Position numbers and translations under genes: made by a program. The notes beneath the pieces are model-generated. The model was not told the DNA's origin and made no database searches. It saw only the letters and a list, made by a program, of their open reading frames with translations. Positions 13,260-23,236 of a stretch of 64,000 bases of DNA are shown one piece after another (the first letter of the stretch is position 1; each line of letters starts with the position of its first letter). Source of the stretch: Thalia democratica (taxonomy: Eukaryota); contig OZ241830.1 in NCBI GenBank assembly GCA_965202585.1, forward strand, positions 74,214,001 to 74,278,000, in the 5' to 3' direction.

Positions 13260-13382
13260 ACGAAGTACTGAAGCAACCGTTTGTGGGTAAAGTTGAAAAA
13301 ATGACACAGTTAAATCATTCACAGCCCAACGTCTCAGACATTTTTTCAACTTTACCCACAAACGGTCGCTTCAGTACTTCGT
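13260..13382. repeat. 44-bp inverted repeat (arms 13260-13303 and 13339-13382, 1 mismatch, 35-nt spacer) just upstream of the hammerhead
   Basis: acgaagtactgaagcaaccgtttgtgggtaaagttgaaaaaatg versus cattttttcaactttacccacaaacggtcgcttcagtacttcgt. Confidence 0.95.
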
Positions 13383-13424
13383 ACTTAAGCCCGCTTGTTT
13401 AAGATCACAATAGCGGTTTCTCGC

Positions 13425-13478
13425 GACTATTCCTGCCTGATGAGTCCTAATAAGGACGAAACCGGTCGTAGGATTGTC
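13425..13478 (+). ncRNA. Type I hammerhead ribozyme with intact core and palindromic stem III (Penelope-like element type)
   Basis: Stem I TCCTGC/GTAGGA (extended by gactat/ttgtc); core CTGATGA 13437-13443; stem II GTCC-TAATAA-GGAC; GAA; stem III ACCGGT; GUC cleavage after C13467. All conserved core positions are present. Confidence 0.88.
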
Positions 13479-13984
13479 TTGGATGCTGTTGTTGTTGATC
13501 TTGCGGTAAAGTTCATTGTTTATTATTGTTTTTTGTCACTAAACTAGACAGGTTTAATTAAATACGTAGTGTTCATTGATCTGCAAACAACAAAAAAAGT
13601 TGTTTCAAACTATTTCAAGAAATGTTAATACTTAAATATTTTTTGTAAAATAAGGAGGGTTGAAATTTTTTTTTACTTCGTGTCAACTAATTCTAAAGTG
13701 CATAAAATAAGAACAGTATTCCTATGTTGACCGACTTCGTTGCATTGCTTCATTAACATTCAGTTTTTGAGGATATATTCAATTGATTCAATTGATTAGT
13801 TTTATTAAAGCTGTTTCAATTTTACTATACTTAATATTTCTTAACCTTAACCAAACGAGTACTATTGTTCTGACTAGCCTAACAGTCTAACAGTTTTATT
13901 AAAAATCACTCAACCGTATCGGTAAGAAATAGCATGTGTATTAAGCGGTCATACAAATTCAACCAACACATTGAAGATTTCCGC

Positions 13985-14480
13985 AGGCCCGCCTAATCAG
14001 TCCCGCAGTCCTAATCAGGACGAAGCGGTCTCAGTTTACCGAAAGTCTAATGATCGAATTGGTATGATCAAACCTTGTAAACTTGAACTTGTCTCACGAC
14101 ATATAAAAGTCCAGGCTTTGGTTCTGTAAACTTTCGCCAATGTTTTTTTTAATCGTATTCAAAACGAACATACCAGATGTCTTGCCTAGTAGACAACGTA
14201 TTGAACGTTGCACGGCAAAAGACAATGCTGACGTCACTGACCAATGCCAGCAAATGGTTGCTCTATGATTGCATTTATAAACCGTTTGTAGATTGCAGAC
14301 TGCTAGCTTTTCGGTCGTGACTGACTGATGAGTCCTAATCAGGACAAAATTGGTCTCAGTCTACCAAAAGCTTGTTTCTGATGATCGAAATGGTACGATC
14401 AACCTTTATGTTAAACTTGAGCTTGTCTTACGTCCAGATCCAGGCTTCTGCTCTGCTGACTTTCACCGGTGTTTTATTTT
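13985..14480 (+). mobile_element. Two diverged tandem copies of a Penelope-like pseudo-LTR with degenerate hammerheads
   Basis: Units at ~13985-14140 and ~14315-14480 share gtcctaatcaggac(g/a)aa..ggtctcagt(c/t)tacc..tgatcgaa(t/a)tggta(t/c)gatcaa..aaacttga(a/g)cttgtct. The second has CTGATGA and stem I gactga/tcagtc but G12>A; the first lacks CTGATGA. Confidence 0.65.
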
Positions 14481-17400
14481 GATTTTATGAATGTTTGTGA
14501 AAAATGATGAATACATTATTTTTACTAATTATAAAGCACATATTTTACAACAAGAACAAAACCCTGTAGAGTATTTTAGAAACAAAGTCCAAATTGTTTA
14601 ATAATCTGTTTCTATCATATATGATTCTCACCTACTCAATTATAAGTCTGTTAGTATTTGTATGTGCACAGTTTTGAATCTTAGATATTAAATAAAAGCT
14701 GATCAACTTTTGAATTTTTTTATTTTACTATGAAATATAAAGATATTTTAACTCAAATAATACCATCACTATATTAGCATAGTTTGAAAATGTTTGAATA
14801 AACAAGCAACAGGTAAGATGATAAAAATTACTAAATTTTTGTATCATAATATTTTTTTAGTTTAAAAACACATTTGAAGTAGCTTTACAGTATCTTTTCA
14901 GTGTTGTTTTACTATTTAAAGCAAATTTTAAGTTCAATTTTGTACTAAAATTTGACCCAAAATTTTTTTTTCAAAAACCTGGAACAAATTAAAAAAAAAA
15001 GCTTGGGCAACCCTGGTGTTAACTATGTGTGTCAGTTTTTCCATAATACAACTCAATCTTTCAATTAATAAAAAAATCACTACAATAAACTTGTGCTCAA
15101 TAAGTTGTTAAAAGTAAGAATGATATACCGTTTTTAGTGAAAAGTAAGATTTCAATGTAGTTTTATGTGTAGTATCCAATTTTAACATAATTATATGTGC
15201 AGTAATCTGCTTCAATATAACTCTTTTATATCAAGCTCAACCATATTTTAAAATATATGATTAAACATTTATATTAGAGAACATTGTTGAGTAGGAACAT
15301 TGATTAAGTTATTTAAAAATGTAAGTTATTTTGTTAAGGAACACATGTTTCACTTGTTTCCATTTATTTTAAAATGTTGAATATTATAAAATCAGTCAAT
15401 CAGAAAGCAAGTTGATCTTATGCAAGTTTTCATTTCTATGATGCAGCTATATAAACCAGCCACAGAGAGTGTGTAGAGATTTTAGTCAAGACCTTCTAGA
15501 AGTAATTCCAGTACTGAATTTAGTTACTATTATATTGTATATTGTTAAGCTTTTTGAAAATAGTTTTTACTGCTTATATGATTTATTGATTTGAATTCCA
15601 AGTAGTCAAATCTTAAATCAATTATACCTTCTTAAAGGATACTCCTGTTAAATTTAATTCTTGTGTAAAAGTTTTGACCACATTTAAAATGTTTTTTTTA
15701 GTGTGATGTTCTTTATACATTTGTTAATGTTTGCAATTGTTCTTTAATACAATATTTTCATTTATATCATGTTTAGTTTTATATAGAGCAGCCCTAAGTA
15801 CTATTTAGTATCAGCATTTAGTACAAATTAATATAAATTTAATAATGGTTTTTAGTGTGGTTGTATACTACATTACAACCATACAAGTTTAATAAATAAG
15901 TAACTTACATCTATTGGTTACACTAGAAATACTGAAAATAATTTTACGGTTCTGAATTATCAGAAAATTACTGAACATAATACTTGACAAAGTTCTTAAA
16001 AATTTTTTTAAAGTATTTTATATCATTTTAAGCAGCTGTGTTTTTTCTCAATCAAAGTGAAAGCAAATCTAAAATTTTTTATCAAAAATATCAGCATTTC
16101 GGCTGTTTTGCATTGTTTATTTTAGTATTTATGTTACTTTTCAGACGTGAGATTGGCAACCCTTAGTTTTTGTAGCAAATTAATTAAAACAAACTTAAAT
16201 TTCATAGAGACTACCTAATCAAATATGGAAAAAACTACTTCCGAAAACAGTTATGATATAACTCTTGAAAATTGTCAGAATGAAAAAGACGATCAGAAGA
16301 ATAATAAATATAAAAATTCAACTCAAAATTTGCTTAGCTCTGCAATAGAAACTCAAAGTTTTGTTAGTTTTTTAAAAACGAAAGTGAAAAAAAAAAGAAA
16401 AACTTTTGCAAATACACATTGATGAAAATGTAACAGGTTTGTTTAAAAGCTTTTGTAAATAAATAAATTTTGTATAAATTATTTTAGTAAAAACAAAAGC
16501 GCAATATAACACATTAAACTGATAAGTTCTATTTGTTTAAAAAGCAGATACGTATCACTCCAAGCAAAACATTAAGTTTTATCTAAAATATTCGTTTTAC
16601 TGACCTTTAAAAATAGACAAAATCCTCAGTCAGTTTAGCTTAACAAAAACATAGATCAGGCATGTTTAAAACTGACTTTGTAAGCTCTATTCCGTTAGCA
16701 CTTTTTATTCATTTTTAGAAATATATATTAGAATTCCTTGATATGAAAAGTAACTAAAATGAAAATTATTATATGGTTTCAGTTAACACATACTTTCTTA
16801 CTTTTATAAAACGCTAGATTTTTGTTTGTGTTTACAGTCTTATTTTTCTTTGTTAAAATAGAAACAGCCGTGTTTAAAATTAAGTTTGTAGTACAATTGA
16901 GTTATTTCCTAATTCTTTATAAAGTCGCATTGTTACCTTTTCAATATCTAATGCATTTAAAAAACCGTTTTTAATTTGTATCTTGAATGCTAAAATTATG
17001 TTTTTGGTTCGTCTACCTACTACAAAAATATCAACCTGGTGACCCATGTACTTTCTAATAATTTAATTTGTACTTAATGTGTACAGATGACATTTTCTAA
17101 CAAACGATTTTTACCGACCATAATTTTTTTTTGCTGTTGCAAAATTTTGTTTTTTTGGGTTTGTCCTCAAAAGTTATCTGATTGCAAAAAAATATTTATC
17201 ATATTATCATACTTACTTTGGCATGCCCATATGCAAAGTTTTCAACATTTTTATGTTTTAAATTTAATAATTCCAGTGTGAATTGGTTGTATTTGTTTCG
17301 TTTCATTGGTTAAGCTTGTGTTGATGTAAAATATCAGATGATTTGTTTTTTATACTTCAACTCGTGCTTGTTATTTTATATGTATACTTGTTTTATACAT

Positions 17401-17627
17401 AAAATTGTTCGTTTAGTAAGTTGTTTTATTTTATAATTGGTACATAGTGCAATATAAATGGGTGGCCATTTAACCTGGAATCTTGGAAAAGTCTAGAATT
17501 AGAAAAATTTAAACTAAAAATTAAAAACTTCGAGTTTTAAAGAGTTTTCATATGTTAAGTAGAAAACTACGATATGACACAAAATTCTTTCATAAGATAA
17601 ATTTTATTGTCATCATCAAAGTTTAAC

Positions 17628-17690
17628 ACAAAGGTTGATCGTAACAGTTCGATCATCAGGACAAAACCGGTCTCAGTCTACCGACCGCTT
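17628..17690. mobile_element. Fragment of the same Penelope-like pLTR with an internal inversion junction
   Basis: aaaggttgatcgtaacagttcgatcatcag is the reverse complement of the ctgatgatcgaa..gtacgatcaaccttt motif at ~14378-14407. It is fused to the forward 3' half of the hammerhead (ggacaaaaccggtctcagtctacc). Confidence 0.65.
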
Positions 17691-19138
17691 GTGGTCACCT
17701 GAAAATTATTTAAAATAAAAGTTTTATTGTAACGTCATAATGGTTTTATAATAAAAAACTTATTTTGAACAACCATTTATAATTTAAGATGCTTACGTTG
17801 GTAATAAATGATGAATCAATGATCATCATTTGGTTTTAATAAAAAAGTAAAACCGTTCCTAAAGTTTACCAATGTTGCCTAATAAAGTTTAAGTACTCTG
17901 TGTTGTCTGTAAAAAACAATTTATGTTAGTCAAACTTTTATTAATTTAAATCACTAAGCAGTTGAAAATTTGGTCAAAATAAAAGCAATTTACTAAAGAT
18001 TTTTGCTATAATATTTTCATAACAATGTTATATAACATTTATAATATTTATTTTTTAATTTTAATTTTTTTTTTCATTAAAAGCTTATTATTTTAAGTAC
18101 TCGACCACGACGTATAAATATTAAATTTCAAAAACTTTATTTAAACTTTCATTTAACTGATAATTTTTAATAATTCTTAATTTTTAATTTTGTTGTTGAA
18201 GTTTAATGTTAAAACCGTCGCATTATTAAATATAAAACTTCAACTGTTATAAAATAAATTAATCTGAGCTAAATAACTTAATTTAAAAAATATTTGATAT
18301 AATGGAAGCGAAATCAAGCCTAAAGAAAAATTGGAATGGACACTATAGTAATATTTAGAAGTTGTTAATAATTAAATTATAACTATTTATCAACTGTTAT
18401 TAACTTGTAAACATTTATTTTAGTTCTAAACAACGTTTTTAATAGCAGATGTTAGCTTTTCACAGAGTATTACTTTTAACATTATTTAAAAAATTCTCCA
18501 CTGCACGAACTTTATACATCAGTTATTTCAGTTCGAAATTTTTTGCAATTTTAATTTTTGTACACAGATTAAGTAAACATAATTAACTTTGTTTCACATA
18601 ATTAATCTATAAAAAGGATAACGTTAACGTTCTAAAGACTTTAGAAAACTATTTCAAATAAAGAACTACAAACATTAATGTTGCACCCTTAAAAAATTAA
18701 AACAAGTCTTTTTTATTGTCTATTTACATGATAATACAAGATTTAAATTTATAATTGTCTATAACTGTTTTTATTATCAAACTTGCTTTAATTTACTGTT
18801 TTTAACTTACAAACGTTCTAATACTTATTTTACCCTTTTAGCTTATGTTGATACATTAACAGTTTAACTAATAATATACTTTTCAATATCTCTAAGGAAA
18901 AAAAAAACTGAATTTTTAAATTGAGTTTTTATCTAACAATAAAAATGCTTATTAGAATCGGTCAAACTTAATTTACAGCTGTTTCTGTGTATATATAAAA
19001 GTACTTCAACTAAATTTAATCAGTAATTACTCTTGATTATTTGATTTGTAATGTTACTAATTTTGAGACAAACGTTTACTAAACTTTTTGTAAAGTAACT
19101 GGAGATTATTTAGTAACAAATATCATGTTTATTTTTAG

Positions 19139-20541
19139 GAACTAGAAAAGAAGAAAAAATAAAATGCATTCAAAATTTGAAAGCAAACAGCGTTTTGTTG
19201 GTAGGGGCTGATGAGGAAACAAATCTCGAGCTCGTCCGAAACAAGTTCAACGTTCAAAACGCGTCTGCTTACTACCAAATAGCTCATTGTTTCCGCCTCG
19301 CTGATCTTGCCAGGCGATCTTTGAGCTACATTGAGCGTTGGTTTGCCAAGGCCAGTGAAAGCAGAAACTTTTTAGAGCTGAACTTCGAGCTGGTGAAAAA
19401 GATAACTGCCAGTTCCAATTTGCTTGTCGACTCCGAGTTGGAAGTGTTGTTTGCAGCTGATGGTTGGCTAAGCTACAAGTACGATGAAAGGAGAAAATTC
19501 GCAAACCGCATTTTACTCAAAGTTCGTCTTCATTTGCTTTCCGAACACAGTCTGAGCAGCATTCTGAGCAGCAACCTTTCTTTCACCAAAGTCGACAGCT
19601 GCGTTGAGACACTCGGAAAAACTTCACGAAACAAGAAAGCTTTTTCTCAAAACAAGGCGATCCGCTCGAACAGATTCTGCAGCCGACACGACTTGAACGT
19701 GATTGTGAGCGGCGGGGGCGCGAATGCCGCCAAAAGAGTCGTGGAAGTCGACTGCGAAAGCATGAGAGCCGCGAACGACTTGACCCCGCCTCGGCCCGGT
19801 TCCTTTTCGCAGTTTTTGGAGCGCATCGCGACCCGCCACGCGCACAAATCGGTTTATTGCAAGGGGGAGCTGTACATCGTGGCGGACGACACATCGGAAG
19901 TGCACCAGCCGCACTACGTCGTGAAGTATTCAATTGCCGCCGGAACGTGGAGCGGCGTTTGCGCCATTCCCGAAGCAAGGGCAATGTATTGCGTTTGCGC
20001 CTTAATGGGGCAGATATTCGTGTTCGGAGGCGTGAACGGCAACAGCAACTTCCTCCGCTCTTTCGTGAAGTTCGACGTGAAAGCAACCGCTGGGAGGCGG
20101 GAGAGATGGGCGAGAAGAGAGTCAGCGCGGCCTGCGCCGTCTTCCGGGGAAGGGTGGTGGTCTCGGGCGGCTTCAACCTCGACCGCTGCCCCGCCACGCG
20201 CCACGTCCAAGCCTACGACCCCCTTTCCCGGTCGTGGGCGCCGATGCCGGACATGATGGAGGCGAGGCGCGATCACGCCATGGTAGCCGCCGGCATCAAG
20301 CTGTTCGTGGTGGGCGGGATGCGGCGGTCGTGCGAGGTTTTCGACGGATATGCGAGGACGGCGCGATAAACGAAACGCTCGTCGCCGCGTTCGCCGTCGG
20401 GAGCTCGACCCTCGCCGCCGTCGCCACGAAGTCGCTCCTGCGTTATGACGTGACAAAGAACGAGTGGTGCGAATGGGAATGCGAGGCCGTCGCGGGAAGG
20501 AAGGGTTTCGCTTGCGCGCTTTCGCCGAAAACTCGGTTTTA
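19139..20541 (+). pseudogene. BACK-kelch (KLHL-like, BTB-less) gene with two -1 frameshifts; pseudogene or consensus errors
   Basis: Acceptor tttttag at 19137-19138. BACK motif IERWF..FLELNFELVKKI..SELEVLFAADGWL. Kelch blades continue in ORF 19857-20369 (SNRW..VVVSGG..YDP..W..M) and ORF 20234-20542 (YDVTKNEW), with frame switches at ~20083 and ~20349. A possible first exon lies at 18302-18347 (phase-compatible, low confidence). Confidence 0.75.
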
Positions 20542-20798
20542 ATTTGCAATGTTGTGTTGAGTTTTTGTTTTGAATAAAGTTTGAATAAAAAGTTATGTTT
20601 AACAATACTTTAAGCAAAATATTGTAATTAGTTCCAATTATTTTCAAACCGAGCTGTTCTATAAAGGTTTTATTTTTATGTAAGTATTTTATGTACTTGA
20701 AATCAAAAATATCCAAAAAAACGTCAAATCTTTATTGAAGTAAGAGGTTTTTCAAAATACACTCTTCAACTGCTATTGTGTTTAACTAAGCTATAGAA

Positions 20799-20919
20799 CA
20801 GAGTTTCTCGAACTTTTTTTTCAAATGGCCCCCTTTAAGGAAATTAAAATTAGCCATGGCCTACTGAGTATCTATCGTGGCCCCCTAAGGTGCCACTTGG
20901 ACCACTTTGGGAAACCCTG
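20799..20919. mobile_element. 121-bp hAT-family MITE
   Basis: TIRs cagagtttctc / gggaaaccctg; exact 8-bp target-site duplication ctatagaa at 20791-20798 and 20920-20927. Confidence 0.85.
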
Positions 20920-21951
20920 CTATAGAATACAATATTAACATGTGTTAAAGCTTGATAATAGATACGTTATAACTAGTTTAAATAAAACAATGTGAAACAA
21001 TTACTGCTTAAATAAGAATTTGGTTTGAGTAAGTAAACAGACTTTTAAGAACAAATAAGTAAATATAAATCTAAGATGGTAAAACATATTAGAACTATAA
21101 ACCTCTGCAAAAAATTTTTTGTTTAATACTATTTAATCTCAGCAAAGTCCTAACTGAACTACTCTTTTTTTGATTGATTTTGTTTCTCAACATAAGAAAT
21201 AAATTATAAATATACTAAAATATATGTTTATATTTTAAACAAAATTATTTTTTTTGTAAACTTCAATTTAGAAAAGTATTCGAACTAAAGTTTTATTGTA
21301 TATCATTGTTAAATGCAAAACTAGTTTTATACAAAGCTTTACTTTGTACAAAGTTCAATTTGTCACATTTCTCGAAGCGTTGAAATTAACGATTAGAAAA
21401 CAAAGTTGTACAAACCACTGATTAAATGCTAGTTGAACAAAACTAAATTTGAAATAATTCAAAATCACGTCACTACTAAGTTGTGACGACACGTAGTATT
21501 TTTAGGGGGTGTGAGCGAACTTTATACTTTTCAGAAAATCCCCTGACTTAAAGTTTTTGTCCGAAGCTATTAAAGATCTTATTTTAAGTAACTCAACAAA
21601 ACTAATTTTGTTATAGGAAAAAAATTGAAGTTACTGTTATGAAAAGCACTTAAATACTTTATAAAATAACCCTTAATAAACTACTATAGCTACTTAAAAA
21701 AATCCATTCAATCTTTCTGTTCTTGCACAAATAAAAACTTACCAACTTAAAATTGATATTTAACTAGTTGCAATAAACGTTATATCTATAACAGTGATGT
21801 ATACGAAAACATATATAATAACAATTGTTTTTTACGACAAAAATGTCAACCTCCAAATGCATTTTAGCTTAACTGACTTTTAAATTACTAGAAGCATAAA
21901 AAATCGGGCACAGTTTCGAAAAGGAGAAAACCAGCTTTATAGAAACATGTA

Positions 21952-22050
21952 CTGGACAAGACGTTAAAAGGTGTCCAAGTGGTGTGCGACTCGATAACCG
22001 AAAGGTTCTTTGTGCACCAGGTTCTAAGACCAGCAAATATTTTGAGCCTT
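21952..22050 (+). mobile_element. Dispersed SINE-like element, copy 3 (best preserved)
   Basis: ctggacaagacgttaaaaggtgtccaagtggtgtgcgactcgataaccgaaaggttctttgtgcaccagg; a degenerate B-box-like gtttcgaa lies upstream at ~21913. Confidence 0.75.
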
Positions 22051-23236
22051 TTTATATCATTCAATAAACTTTCATACAACAGTTATTTGAATTTTTAGTG
22101 ATCAAAAGCATTTAGTTTTCCTTACCAGCCCACTGCGGCTTAGTACTTGTACAATATTGATGAGATAAATGCTTATATGTTTAACCATAGAGATAATATT
22201 TCTGTACCTTTATGTCAATGGTTTTCGATTTAATCCTTTTTTGAAAACTGTACGCTGTAAACTAAAAAAAAAACGATTAAAAAATTAATTACATCACATG
22301 TAAGAAAGAAACTTTAATTCTTACTGGCAATGATTTTTAGGTAGAGTCAAATAATACAATTCTTTACTTTGTGAACATTACTTTTGCCTTAAAAGTCTGT
22401 ACCTGTGCGGAAGATAACTGTATATATATATATGTATATGTATATAGACAGCTGACCATTAAAAACAATCTTATTGTTTTTATGAAACATATCTTCTGTT
22501 TTTAAATTCGATTTTTTATATAAATTATTTAAAAGCCCTTAAAGTGGGCTCTGTGAAAGGTTATTTAGTTTTTAAAATCACATTATTTTACATACATATT
22601 TCTCTTTTTTTTTCAAATATTTTAGTTTAAGATAGTAGTTCAAGAAAATTTCAAGTAAAAAACGATATAGAAGTTTATTTTATTTTAATCATAAATAATA
22701 TAACGTACAATCTTTCGATTTATTTAAAACAGAATGAAAATACAATCTTTGAAGAAAACTTTCGTTTAAAGTCGGAACAGTGGTAGTTAACGTTTAAACA
22801 TTTTTAAAAACAATTTTTTTCTTCAATAAAAAATTAACCAAGTTAAACAAACGACAATCATTTAGCTCACTAAAATATGTTTTTAAAAACAAAACAATAG
22901 AACTAAAACATTCAAAGATTTCATATAACACAAGCTTATGAGTCGTTGAAAATAAAAAAAACATTATCTGAGTGAATTAAATTTCAGAAAGTTGAAGAAA
23001 GTGTTTAAGTAAAACATAAAGTTTACTTAAGAATAAAATTTAAATTTCAGCTTGTCAATTTAAAAGTGTGTTATAAACAAAGAAAATGGCAAGTTTAAAA
23101 AAATAAAACTACGTTTAAAGATATTGAATAACTTTTTGTAGAATATATTTGATATTTTTGAGACTTATAAAGATTTCTTTAAGGAATTATTAAAACAATT
23201 CAAAAATGTTCTAATTACAATTTTGCTAATTGATTT

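Noticed and set aside
14378-14407. Second CTGATGA motif downstream of the degenerate hammerhead
   Set aside because: Followed by a TGATCG/CGATCA hairpin but no GAAA or stem III; not a hammerhead.
19247-20716. Several long overlapping ORFs on both strands across the kelch gene (e.g. 19583-20197, 19914-20549)
   Set aside because: Expected by-product of locally high GC (few stops); the translations are low-complexity R/S/A/P with no domain pattern.
21952-22030. HDV-like ribozyme interpretation of the structured SINE-like repeat
   Set aside because: Only 8 nt lie between the candidate P2 5' strand and P4, too few for P3/L3/P1/P1.1; the topology does not fit.
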